From Candidatus Poribacteria bacterium (GTDB taxonomy: Bacteria; Poribacteria; WGA-4E; UBA9662): a DNA stretch of 35,958 bases. Positions 26,697 through 35,958 of this stretch are shown piece by piece. Each line of letters starts with the position of its first letter. Within the stretch, counting starts at the first letter, position 1. The translations under genes and the position numbers were made by a program. The notes under the pieces were generated by a model that did no database searches, was not told the origin of the DNA, and saw only the letters and a list, made by a program, of their open reading frames with translations. Where the stretch lies: NCBI GenBank assembly GCA_046582655.1, contig JAYGDX010000177.1:1-35958 (forward strand), in the 5' to 3' direction.

Positions 26697-28417
26697 TAGG
26701 CTAACCCTCGAATAAAACCACCCAAACCCTTACCCGCCTCTTCTTCGTTTCGAATCAAATCACCCAAACCCTTACCCGATGGAACCATGGGAAAAACGTT
26801 CTCTTCTTCGTCAACGATGAAATCGATAACAACTGGACCATCCTCAATTTCCTTAGCCCGTTCAAGTGCGGGGCGAACATCTTCAATTTTTTCAATCCGA
26901 ATACCCGTGGCACCAAAAGCTTCAGCAAGCTTAGCAAAATCAGGATTATCATGGTAGTCTACAGCGGCATATCTCTTGTTAAAGAAAAGTTCTTGCCACT
27001 GACGTACCATACCAAGATACATGTTATTGATAATAAAGATCTTCAATGGCAGTTTCATTGATACTGCTGGTACAAGTTCCTGAATCGTCATGATGAAAGA
27101 ACCATCACCGTTGATATTAACTTGAGTTTTATCCGGCCGGCCAATCTGAGCGCCTATCATCGCCGGCAGACTGAACCCCATCGTTCCCAAACCGCCAGAA
27201 TTAAGCCATTGATGAGGTTCTGTAAACTTGAAATATTGAGCAGCCCACATCTGATGTTGCCCGACATCCGCAGTAACCATTGCGTCCGGATACAAGTTAT
27301 AGATTTCTTCAATAACGTACTGTGGCATAATTTTATCGCCTTTTTGGCGGTATTCGAATGGGTACTTCGTTTTCCATTCATCAATCTGGCGTAACCAGGG
27401 ATCGATATCCGTTTTTCTTTCAACTTGCTTGTTGAGTTCGCGTAAAACATTTTTGGCATCCCCAACAATCGGCACATCGACCCAAACATTTTTTCCGATG
27501 CAAGATGGATCAATATCAATGTGGATCTTTTTTGACTTGGATGAAAACACCTCCAATTTTCCTGTCACTCGATCATCAAATCGAGCGCCGATTGCCACCA
27601 CCAGATCCGCATCGGTAAATGCGTAGTTGGCGCAACACGATCCGTGCATACCAGGCATTTCCATGGCCAGCTCATGAGTTTCAGGAAATGCTCCCAGCCC
27701 CATCAAGGTCACAGTAATCGGCATATGCGCATTAATTGCCAATTCACGCAACTCTTCAGATGCTTTCGAGAGTATAACGCCGCCTCCAGCATAAATTATT
27801 GGGCGCTTAGCAGCCTTGATCAGTTCAGCGGCCTTGGCAATCTGACGCGGATGTCCTTCGGTAGTCGGACTGTAACTACGCAAATCAACTTGTTCGGGAT
27901 AATAGAATTCAGACTCAGCAATCTGTGCATCCTTTGCAAAATCGATAACAACCGGCCCCGGTCGCCCCGTACTAGCGATATGGAAAGCTTCCGCCACAAC
28001 CTCCGGCACCTCGGAACTGTCTTTAATCAGATAGCTATGCTTGCAAATTGGACGTGTTACACCTAGAACATCACATTCTTGAAATGCATCGTTACCGATT
28101 AATTGAGTTGGAACCTGTCCGGTAATTGCGACCATAGGAATTGAATCCATGTGAGCTGTTGCAATTCCAGTTACAAGATTTGTAGCACCAGGACCAGAGG
28201 TCGCCAATGCTACACCAACTTTACCGGTTGCACGCGCATACCCGTCAGCAGCATGTGCCGCTCCCTGTTCATGCCGCATCGTGATAAGCTTAATACCTTC
28301 AGCATCGTAGAGCGCATCAAAGATAGGCATTGCGGCCCCCCCTTGAAGACCGAAAATATATTCTACATTCTCGCGCTTTAGGCTCTCAATAAGAAGATTC
28401 GCTCCTCGCATTAGCAT
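26696..28417 (-). CDS. ilvB: Acetolactate synthase large subunit, biosynthetic
   Basis: RHEQGAAHAADGYAR, TSGPGATN, GMHG, DVGQHQMW, GDGS. Start probably 28417 (alternatives 28411 or 28432). Confidence 0.97.
   Translation of the reverse strand: MLMRGANLLIESLKRENVEYIFGLQGGAAMPIFDALYDAEGIKLITMRHEQGAAHAADGYARATGKVGVALATSGPGATNLVTGIATAHMDSIPMVAITGQVPTQLIGNDAFQECDVLGVTRPICKHSYLIKDSSEVPEVVAEAFHIASTGRPGPVVIDFAKDAQIAESEFYYPEQVDLRSYSPTTEGHPRQIAKAAELIKAAKRPIIYAGGGVILSKASEELRELAINAHMPITVTLMGLGAFPETHELAMEMPGMHGSCCANYAFTDADLVVAIGARFDDRVTGKLEVFSSKSKKIHIDIDPSCIGKNVWVDVPIVGDAKNVLRELNKQVERKTDIDPWLRQIDEWKTKYPFEYRQKGDKIMPQYVIEEIYNLYPDAMVTADVGQHQMWAAQYFKFTEPHQWLNSGGLGTMGFSLPAMIGAQIGRPDKTQVNINGDGSFIMTIQELVPAVSMKLPLKIFIINNMYLGMVRQWQELFFNKRYAAVDYHDNPDFAKLAEAFGATGIRIEKIEDVRPALERAKEIEDGPVVIDFIVDEEENVFPMVPSGKGLGDLIRNEEEAGKGLGGFIRGLA
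26709..26778. repeat. 28-nt direct repeat (26/28 identical, 42-nt period) in the 3' end of ilvB
   Basis: CGAATAAAACCACCCAAACCCTTACCCG (26709-26736) versus CGAATCAAATCACCCAAACCCTTACCCG (26751-26778). Confidence 0.85.
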
Positions 28418-28457
28418 GTTCCTATACCCCATAGTGATTGTGAATAGAATCCGGAAT

Positions 28458-28500
28458 AAAAAAGCCCCGCCCGCTCCAAAACGATGGAGACGAGAAGGGC
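28458..28500 (-). terminator. T-box terminator
   Basis: GCCCTTCTCGTCTCCA-loop-TGGAGCGGGCGGGGC-TTTTTT. Confidence 0.85.
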
Positions 28501-28740
28501 AAAAACCTTACCGCGGTACCACTCCAATTCCTTATTGCGTTACAAACCCAAAAAGGCTCTTATTTCAATACGATTACGGGTATCAACCGACCAGCCCTAC
28601 TTAACTAACGACAAGCTTCAGGCTGACAGCTCCAGGACGATGTTCAATCGGGGTTTCTTGAGGAAACGTTCCAGCCTTCGCATTTCCCTCTCTGTCTATC
28701 AAGACCTTCCGACCTACTCCTTCCCTTCAAAGCTTTTGGA
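28458..28740 (-). ncRNA. T-box riboswitch, probably Ile-specific (AUC)
   Basis: Minus strand: GA motif TGA/GGA, AGTA...GAA loop E, AGAGA box, GCTGGAA, specifier GAA-C-ATC-G (28639-28641), T-box AATTGGAGTGGTACCGCG, antiterminator partner CGTCTCC, terminator with U6. Confidence 0.92.
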
Positions 28741-28750
28741 TGAACATGGA

Positions 28751-28779
28751 AGTATACACAAGACAGCCTGGACTGTCAA
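28751..28779 (-). promoter_or_regulatory. sigma70 promoter of the T-box-ilvBNC unit
   Basis: TTGACA-17-TATACT immediately upstream of T-box stem I. Confidence 0.85.
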
Positions 28780-28791
28780 GATTTTTGTACA

Positions 28792-29409
28792 CTATCCTTT
28801 TGCCTCAGCGTAACGCCTGGTAACTTCATCCCAATTAATAACATTGTCAATAAACGCCTCAATGTAATCTGGACGACGATTCTGATAATTCAAATAGTAA
28901 GCGTGCTCCCATACGTCCAGACCGATAATCGGTGTGTCACCATTCATAATCGGGCTATCCTGATTGGCGGTTGAATAGATCTTGAGATCGCCATTCCCGT
29001 CAACAACCAGCCACGCCCAGCCAGAACCAAAACGAGTGCTAGCCGCAGTCGTAAACTCCTCACGACCTGCTTCAAGGGATCCAAATGCGGCCTCAATAGC
29101 AGTCGCCAGTTCCCCAGTTGGAGGGCCTCCACCGTTTGGTGAGAGGATTGACCAAAACAGCGAATGGTTAGCATGGCCTCCGCCGTTGTTAATCACAGCT
29201 TGGCGTATCCCTTCGGGGACGCTATCAATTTGGCTCAAAAGATCCTCAACCGATAAACCTGCCAAATCGCTATTTCCTTCAAGGGCGTCATTCAATTTAG
29301 TCACATATCCCTGATGATGTTTACCATGATGAATTTCCATCGTTTTCACATCAATGTAGGGTTCTAAAGCGTCGTGGCTATAAGGTAATACTGGAAGTTC
29401 ATGTGCCAT
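28792..29409 (-). CDS. sodA: Superoxide dismutase, Mn/Fe family (Mn-type signature)
   Basis: [34 protein letters not shown]. Confidence 0.93.
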   Translation of the reverse strand: MAHELPVLPYSHDALEPYIDVKTMEIHHGKHHQGYVTKLNDALEGNSDLAGLSVEDLLSQIDSVPEGIRQAVINNGGGHANHSLFWSILSPNGGGPPTGELATAIEAAFGSLEAGREEFTTAASTRFGSGWAWLVVDGNGDLKIYSTANQDSPIMNGDTPIIGLDVWEHAYYLNYQNRRPDYIEAFIDNVINWDEVTRRYAEAKG

Positions 29410-29513
29410 TTAGTGCTATCTCCTAAAAATTGTTAATAGTTTCAACTTCGCAAACGAAACAAATTTCATAATTTTCACGATCCATTTAGGAAAACTTTTC
29501 CATGGTGCCGGTA

Positions 29514-29542
29514 ATTATAGCATAAGACATGATTAAATCCAA
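29514..29542 (-). promoter_or_regulatory. Putative sigma70 promoter of sod
   Basis: TTGGAT-17-TATAAT with extended TG. Confidence 0.65.
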
Positions 29543-29639
29543 ATGATTTTGGAAGTGGTACCCTATCTAAATTACCACTGTAAAAAGCCAACCGAATTTG
29601 ATGTGCCATTCAGCTTAGCACCACCATTCGTATACCCAA

Positions 29640-29655
29640 TGGCATGCAATTTGCT
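29640..29655 (+). promoter_or_regulatory. Putative sigma54 (-24/-12) promoter facing the giant surface-protein gene
   Basis: TGGCATGCAATTTGCT: GG-N10-GC with TGGCA and TTGCT consensus. Confidence 0.5.
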
Positions 29656-30037
29656 CGAAGTTACCAGCAAAATCTAGATTAAAATAGATCTAAAACATGT
29701 TATTATTAAAGAACCAACTTGGGGATCGGGGATCATTTCGCAGCCAGAAAAATACTAGACACTTTATATCAAGTGTCTTTGTCCACCGCGACGCCTACTT
29801 AAAGGTTAAAAAAACTTTCTAGAAGTTAAACGCTAGTCTCAAAAAAATTCTCGCCTATAAAGGCTCAATGTTAATTCGGACTTTCGCAAGAGATCTATTA
29901 CAATAACTAAATTGCCCAACAATTATAGAATTAATGTAATAAGTTATATAGTAAATGCGTTGGGATTCTTACAGCACATTGGTGAGATTTTGAAACAAAC
30001 TAATGTGTCGTATATTGATTTTTGAGGACACTCGTTT

Positions 30038-33000
30038 ATGAATACTTCAGCGTTTTTGAAATCGAGCAAAATCACTTTGACTTTGTTGATTTCCCTATTC
30101 CTGTTTTCAAGTTTACTATCTGCGGATGACCAAATATGGACGAATGGACTCAGTCAACCAAACGACTGGGGCGATGGGGATAACTGGCAGGGAAATCCTG
30201 CCGATGAGAACGTGCCGAAAGCGGGCGAAACTGCCACCTTTAATTCCGGGACCGTACCCTCCGCCGGTATAACCCTAGCAAACGTTCCCGATGTAGTGAG
30301 CATTATAGCAGAAGCCAGTGATAGCGATGTAAGTATCACTCTCCCAGCAAGAACATACGGAACAATAACGGTCAAGGCCTTGAATACCGGTAATATCACA
30401 CTCACCTTGCTTGAAGGCACGATATCCACCCAAGCCGTGCTGATTCAATCCTACGGCAGTGGCGAGGCCAAACTGACTATAAACAATACTGGCAGTGGTT
30501 CTGCATCAATAACTTCTATAACAATGGCATCCATAAAGATTATTAGTCACGAAGGCACAGCGAAAATGAATGTTAACAATGCTCAGTTGGCTGTCAGTGG
30601 AGACCTAACGTTCCAAAAAAACAACACCAATAATCCAGTAATTGATAATGCAACTGACGTGTGGATTGAAGGTGATCTTAAGGAGGAAGGTGTAACCTCA
30701 ACAACATTTACGATTCCTTCTGCCGCAGGATACGGTTTACAAATCGGCGGAACAGTTAATCAAGCAATTGACCTGGAACATGTAATAATTAATGGACCTC
30801 TTAGCTTTGCTAACACTGGTATTGCCACTTTGATCACGGGAGGCGAACTGACAATTGGCGGACATCTGACACTTTTGCCAAGTGCCTCAGTATCAGCGGT
30901 CAGTACCGGTAGAATTATAATTGGCAGTGGTAAGATTTTTGATAATAGCGGGACATTTCAGTTGTCGGGTCAAACCGATGATCGCCTGCTCTTTGCTTCA
31001 AGTACAGTCGGAACACCATTCGAACTCAAAAATAATTTTGGTGCTGTCCTTGACTTTGAGTGGGTTGCCATCCGGGATTGTCAATATGGATCTGGATTAC
31101 TGGGATCCGTCGATTTTTCGCCAGACGATGGGGTTGTCAATGCAACGGGAAATTTAGGCTGGCCGGCAGGAAAATTTGCAACGCCTGTAGACCAAGGCGC
31201 ATCCGCCTTTGATGCTTTTGTCACCACCGAAATCTCAAACGATGGACAATACTATAAATTCTATGCAGATACGAACGGCGGGGCCCAGACTCGAGCCGGA
31301 CTTGTTGCCAGCCCCCATGTATATTTCAATAGTTCAGAAGGAATGACTCTGGGGAAAAATACAGCGCACTGGAATAGTTCAGATGATCCAAAACTAGTCG
31401 ATTCACCGAGAAATTACTACTATGCCTACATGGATCCGCAGAACAAAGACGAAAATGAATACATCATTATTTCAGACAATAAGCTGAATGTAAGTCTAAT
31501 CGCATTCCAGACAACAGCAGATTTTGGAGAGCCAGCAGATGATTTGCCCACTTCGGGCCAAGATCAAGCTTTTACCTCCATCATCCTCAAATGGACAGAC
31601 AGAGGTGAAGACGCTCAAATCGAACTTCGCTACTCACCTGTTGGCACTTATGTCGATTTTGCAGACGTTTCCAATAATAGTCTTACCACTCGTATTACCG
31701 ATACGCTAAACGCTAAAGACACGAATTCGTACGTTTGGAACACATCGGCGCTAGCAAGCGCAACCGGAACGGATTATTATATCTACGCCCTTTACTACGT
31801 GGGTGGTACAGCATACACTTCCGTCAGCAAGAAAATCAAACTCAAATCTCTTGAATTTACCGATCCGCCAATTACCGACATCGTGGTCGATACGGCAAGT
31901 GTCGATTCCAATATTATCTCATCGGATCATCGAACTCATATTGCAACTTGGACAGATTGGGACAGGAAAAACATCAATGAGGATCTGAATATTTATGAGG
32001 ATCTGGATATTTATGTCTCTCAGGCTCCTTTCGCATTAGTTGATCAATTGCTCAGTGCGGTGAGTGAAACAGACAATACAAAAAGAGCTGTGCTTGTTCA
32101 AGCCGATTTGGATCCTGCAACCGCAAACAGCGTCGGTTGGGACCTTACAGCTGGATTTGGGTTGCTTGGGGAGAGTCCGGCACCGGAAGGAGATTATTAT
32201 CTTTACGCAATTGCGGACGACGGGAATGGTCCCGCCTACGATTACTTAACTATATCTGTTGGCCAGGTTACGGTCAGACACAGCCCATTTTTCTATGACG
32301 TGCCGGTAACAATTAACCCTAATAAAGCCGATTCTGGAAATATTGATTCCTCAGATGTGGTCACCGCAGACACAATAACGGTTGATTGGAAGGCTGGTGA
32401 CTGGGACGACAACCTCACAATTTCCTTTTATTATATTCTGAAAATTGCATATGATGCGAACCCAGCATTATATAGCCTAGCCAAAGATATTCAAAACAAC
32501 ACGTTCGAAGCATTTGCTATGAACTCTTTCGGCACAATCACACCGATCAGTCAATTTCCGGAAACAGAACGGCTTGCCAAAGATCCGGGTGATGGCTTCA
32601 AACGGTGGGATTATTATTCGGCAACCGCCGTCGTACCCGCAGGCAAATATACTGTATGGGTGATCCTGGAAGATACATCAGGGGACCTAGCGGCTAAGAA
32701 AGCAGAGATGATTTTTGACGTCACACACAGCCCGGCAATAGTGATTGACAACCCAATTTCAAGTACAGATTCTACTTCAACAGTACATCCATATTACACT
32801 ATCGCCTGGTCTGATGTGGACCGGGATGAGCCAGCTCTGATCGATCTCTTTTACAGCAAAATCGATCTCCGTGGCAACGTCGCTAACGGCAACGGAGAAT
32901 CTGTCGGAGGCTTATTGACTAATGCACTCAATACGGCAGCAGGGGTAACAGACCAAGTGACCATCGCCTCAGGCTATGCCAAATTAACTGAAACACCAAT

Positions 33001-35958
33001 CGATGAAGATCCAGAAGGGGCATCAGACCGTTTTCTCTTTAATTTCGCTAGTGGCAACGCATCAAGTCCTATTGATGACAACGTCCCATACTACATCTAT
33101 GCGCTAATAGATTCCGAAGGCGATGGCACCTATGACGCCGGGTACCAATCTAGTGGACTGATTCGGGAACAGGGTTCGGCTTTGCGACTTCTAACACCGG
33201 CAATTCAGGAACAGACAACCCTTGATTACAAGGTCAAATGGGTGGAATCCTGGACAGACTTCAATGTTCCCGTCAACATCGATCTCTATTTTGACAAAAG
33301 CAAAACCAAAACAATTGGAGAGCTAGCAAGAGCACTAGACGTTACTGACGAAAAAGCGCCATTCGGTATTATCAAGAAGGATATAGAATTATCTGTTGAT
33401 GATAACGGCAGACGAATTGGTTCAAACGAAATGATATGGGACGATCTGGTAATTCTGAAAACATCTCCAACCAATACCGCGACCTCAAATAACACGCTTG
33501 TTGATACAAGCCTAGGCTCAAACCACGACTATTACATAGGCCGAAAGTTAATTTTCACCAGTGGGATCTTTGACTCAGCACATACTATTACCGACTACGA
33601 TGGCAATACGGGAACGCTAACTTTCACTCCCGCAGTTGAAGCCATTGTTGCGCCGGGCAATGTTAAAAGCTATAAAATCGTTATTCCAGATGGCACTTAC
33701 TACATTTACGGTGTTATGGACACAGCAGCTACCGACGGCCTTCTCAATGATGAGTACAATACGGGAATCGAAGCTGATCCCGACTGTGTTCTAGCAGGCC
33801 AAGTAACCGGAGGAACACAAACTACGGTAACTGATAATTCAGAGGACGGTTTAACCACGACTGAAGGCAATTCCCTGTATCGAGGTGCTAGAATCGTTAT
33901 CGTTAAAGGTAAAGCCAAAGGGGAAAGTCGAACCATTACGGCATATGATGTCACTACTCAAACACTAACTATTGACCAGGCATTTTCAGAATCAGTCGAC
34001 AGTTCCAGTGACTACCGAATCGACTTGCCTGAAATGGTTAGCATAAGTCCTGCCGCAGTCACTATCAGTAATCACAGCCTTACAATTCGATCACCGATCA
34101 AAACAGGCGACGTTGGCGATTACTTTGTTGTGGATATCAAATTGGATACCAATAACCAGCCTATCAAAGCAGTCGATATTTACCTGAACTTTGACCCAAA
34201 CGTTATCGACGTGGCAGATATCACACAGCCGTTCGTACAGTCAACCAAGGGAAACACCACCACAGATGGGAGAAAAGATGGGAGAACTTTAATTTCCAGC
34301 AGTTTACCGTATCTTGGGATTGATAATTACTATCAGGATTTTTTCGTGGTCATCACAAGCGGTAATGCCAAAGGTCAACGTCGACAAGTAATCGATTACG
34401 ACGGTGTTACTGTACCGGGCACAATAACAGTTGACACAGCTTTCACCGCTCAAATTGAGGCTAATACGGCATTCCGACTGAATCAACCTTTCCAAAACGG
34501 CGTATCGATCGGCCCAATTCAAAATTCGTGGCAACAGGCTTCAGAATCAAATCAATGGAATGCGGCTATTCTCAGAAATGGCAGTGCTATTAAAGGGACC
34601 GCCGATATCGTTGCAGCCTCAACATCCGGCCACATATTTTCTATAGCAGATCAAACCCTTGCTATCGAAGATATTTTCGTCACTCTCGTATTTCAAAAGC
34701 GTGAAACCGGATTTGCAAACATCGTGGTTTCGTATGATACCGCACGCAAAACTCGAACAACTGATGAAGATGGAAATGTTCATATTCCTTTCAATTCCCA
34801 ATCCATATTCACACCTGTGGTATTACCACCAACAGCTTCAATTTTCGGCACAGTACGGCTTCAAGGTTGGCAGACTCATGCCGCACTACTTACTTTTGAA
34901 CTTCGCCAACCCGGCAGTAAAGGAAATTTTTCCGCATATGTTTCAGCGGACGATGCATCTCCGGTAGACTACGGCATCCAAATTCAAACTGATGAAGATG
35001 GTAATTTTAAACTTAGCAATCTACCGACAGGAAAATTCTTCTTAACAGCCAAGACACCCTACCATATGCGCGGACAAAATCACCACACCATTCCACTGGA
35101 TATCTACCCAGGCGTAGTGAAAACAGGCGTGACTATCCAAGGATACAAGGATATCAACGGTGATGGGGAATTTACCGGATCTGGAGAAACGGAGGATTTT
35201 TTGTTCGCTGGTGATATTACTGGGGATAGCATCATCAACATCAATGACGTAACAATCTTCGCCAATAATTTCGGAACAAATAATAACGTGGCTGACATCA
35301 ACCAGGATAAAATTGTGGATACCGAAGATTTCAAGTTAATCATCAGAAACTTTGGGCACTCATCTATTGGGCCATTCAGTACGGATCTGGGTGTCCAGAA
35401 CGCCGCACCAGAAGGCAGACTCTTTGATTCCCTGTTAGATCTTGTCGATCTGCCGGATGAACTTCAATTGGATGAGATTATCGAGATACCGATTCATTCA
35501 AGGACAGCAATTGGTCTTGGTTTTGATATTCAATTTGATCCGGATAAATTAGAAATTACGCTTGCGGACATTCCCTCTGATGAAGAAACATTCGTTGTTT
35601 CACAAAAGATTGAAGCAAAAGATTTTCAAAAGATTCTGTTCGCTATAGCCAATCGTCAGTATTTAGATCAAAATATCACGTTACGTATAAAACCTCTTCG
35701 CATCGGAAACACCTCTCTAAAAATCGAAAATGCGAAGTTAGTCAATCAAGAAAGCATAACCAATTTCGATACAAGCACCCTTAATTTCCTTGTCATTCCT
35801 AAGATTACAAAATCTGCCTTAATGCAAAATTATCCAAATCCATTCAATCCTGAAACGTGGGTTCCTTTCGCCATTAAGGACGCGGCACCTGTACAGATTC
35901 ATATATATGACGCCATGGGGCATCCGGTTCGAACCCTTGATCTGGGGTTCCGGAAATC
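30038..35958 (+). CDS. Giant secreted/surface protein (>1970 aa, 3'-truncated): Ig-like repeats, cohesin-like, carboxypeptidase-regulatory-like, dockerin-like and FlgD-Ig/T9SS-A-like C-terminal domains
   Basis: SD GAGGA, ATG 30038 and signal peptide MNTSAFLKSSKITLTLLISLFLFSSLLSA. The same frame gives MQNYPNPFNPETWVPF at 35822. The ORF track lists no terminated ORF in this frame, and the segments I translated contain no stop. Dockerin-like GDITGDSIININD...ADINQDKIVDTED at ~35210-35356. Confidence 0.9.
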   Translation, partial: MNTSAFLKSSKITLTLLISLFLFSSLLSADDQIWTNGLSQPNDWGDGDNWQGNPADENVPKAGETATFNSGTVPSAGITLANVPDVVSIIAEASDSDVSITLPARTYGTITVKALNTGNITLTLLEGTISTQAVLIQSYGSGEAKLTINNTGSGSASITSITMASIKIISHEGTAKMNVNNAQLAVSGDLTFQKNNTNNPVIDNATDVWIEGDLKEEGVTSTTFTIPSAAGYGLQIGGTVNQAIDLEHVIINGPLSFANTGIATLITGGELTIGGHLTLLPSASVSAVSTGRIIIGSGKIFDNSGTFQLSGQTDDRLLFASSTVGTPFELKNNFGAVLDFEWVAIRDCQYGSGLLGSVDFSPDDGVVNATGNLGWPAGKFATPVDQGASAFDAFVTTEISNDGQYYKFYADTNGGAQTRAGLVASPHVYFNSSEGMTLGKNTAHWNSSDDPKLVDSPRNYYYAYMDPQNKDENEYIIISDNKLNVSLIAFQTTADFGEPADDLPTSGQDQAFTSIILKWTDRGEDAQIELRYSPVGTYVDFADVSNNSLTTRITDTLNAKDTNSYVWNTSALASATGTDYYIYALYYVGGTAYTSVSKKIKLKSLEFTDPPITDIVVDTASVDSNIISSDHRTHIATWTDWDRKNINEDLNIYEDLDIYVSQAPFALVDQLLSAVSETDNTKRAVLVQADLDPATANSVGWDLTAGFGLLGESPAPEGDYYLYAIADDGNGPAYDYLTISVGQVTVRHSPFFYDVPVTINPNKADSGNIDSSDVVTADTITVDWKAGDWDDNLTISFYYILKIAYDANPALYSLAKDIQNNTFEAFAMNSFGTITPISQFPETERLAKDPGDGFKRWDYYSATAVVPAGKYTVWVILEDTSGDLAAKKAEMIFDVTHSPAIVIDNPISSTDSTSTVHPYYTIAWSDVDRDEPALIDLFYSKIDLRGNVANGNGESVGGLLTNALNTAAGVTDQVTIASGYAKLTETPIDEDPEGASDRFLFNFASGNASSPIDDNVPYYIYALIDSEGDGTYDAGYQSSGLIREQGSALRLLTPAIQEQTTLDYKVKWVESWTDFNVPVNIDLYFDKSKTKTIGELARALDVTDEKAPFGIIKKDIELSVDDNGRRIGSNEMIWDDLVILKTSPTNTATSNNTLVDTSLGSNHDYYIGRKLIFTSGIFDSAHTITDYDGNTGTLTFTPAVEAIVAPGNVKSYKIVIPDGTYYIYGVMDTAATDGLLNDEYNTGIEADPDCVLAGQVTGGTQTTVTDNSEDGLTTTEGNSLYRGARIVIVKGKAKGESRTITAYDVTTQTLTIDQAFSESVDSSSDYRIDLPEMVSISPAAVTISNHSLTIRSPIKTGDVGDYFVVDIKLDTNNQPIKAVDIYLNFDPNVIDVADITQPFVQSTKGNTTTDGRKDGRTLISSSLPYLGIDNYYQDFFVVITSGNAKGQRRQVIDYDGVTVPGTITVDTAFTAQIEANTAFRLNQPFQNGVSIGPIQNSWQQASESNQWNAAILRNGSAIKGTADIVAASTSGHIFSIADQTLAIEDIFVTLVFQKRETGFANIVVSYDTARKTRTTDEDGNVHIPFNSQSIFTPVVLPPTASIFGTVRLQGWQTHAALLTFELRQPGSKGNFSAYVSADDASPVDYGIQIQTDEDGNFKLSNLPTGKFFLTAKTPYHMRGQNHHTIPLDIYPGVVKTGVTIQGYKDINGDGEFTGSGETEDFLFAGDITGDSIININDVTIFANNFGTNNNVADINQDKIVDTEDFKLIIRNFGHSSIGPFSTDLGVQNAAPEGRLFDSLLDLVDLPDELQLDEIIEIPIHSRTAIGLGFDIQFDPDKLEITLADIPSDEETFVVSQKIEAKDFQKILFAIANRQYLDQNITLRIKPLRIGNTSLKIENAKLVNQESITNFDTSTLNFLVIPKITKSALMQNYPNPFNPETWVPFAIKDAAPVQIHIYDAMGHPVRTLDLGFRK
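33455..34483 (+). repeat. Three diverged copies of a ~75-aa beta-rich module inside the giant protein
   Basis: ~33455-33679, ~33794-34021 and ~34250-34480 share Y.(G)..(I/V)..(S/K)G...(G)..(R).I..YD.....(L/I)T...A........(Y/F).(I/L). Confidence 0.75.

Noticed and set aside
28416..28813. Plus-strand ORFs 28416..28604 and 28484..28813
   Set aside because: Antisense to the T-box leader, with no protein-like features.
29410..29510. Mn-sensing yybP-ykoY riboswitch upstream of sod
   Set aside because: Only a small hairpin (GGAAAAGTTTTCC); the conserved riboswitch motifs are absent.
30154..35343. Short ORFs listed within the last 6 kb
   Set aside because: All are alternative-frame or antisense shadows of the single giant ORF starting at 30038.
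1..35958. CRISPR arrays, tRNA/rRNA genes, transposases, prophage genes
   Set aside because: No spaced direct-repeat array, cloverleaf or rRNA signature, or mobile-element protein motif seen on reading.

Overview
Bacterial chromosomal window, probably from Candidatus Poribacteria. This is inferred from a secreted protein ending PVNPTGLLTTTWANLK and a giant protein carrying QNYPNPFNPETW. Most of the window is housekeeping: argJ, rsmD, pepA, leuA, aroF, hisS, leuCD, pth, ilvBNC and sodA, plus envelope genes. Four things stand out. (1) 2376-4248 looks like a metal-handling operon. It has a secreted Cys/His-rich leader ending in the ribosome-arrest motif RAPP, whose codons can pair with the next Shine-Dalgarno (SD), then a frameshifted lipoprotein. 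It ends with an outer-membrane beta-barrel that most likely starts at 3196 and reads through an in-frame TGA in a CxxU motif followed by a SECIS-like hairpin, making it a candidate selenoprotein porin. (2) hisS and aroF-leuA have two paralogous ~200-nt attenuator-like leaders that match no RNA family I recognise. (3) An Ile-specific T-box precedes ilvB. (4) A >1970-aa surface protein (30038 to the window end, absent from the ORF track) carries three copies of a ~75-aa module nested inside other domains, two of them flanked by short duplicated peptides.
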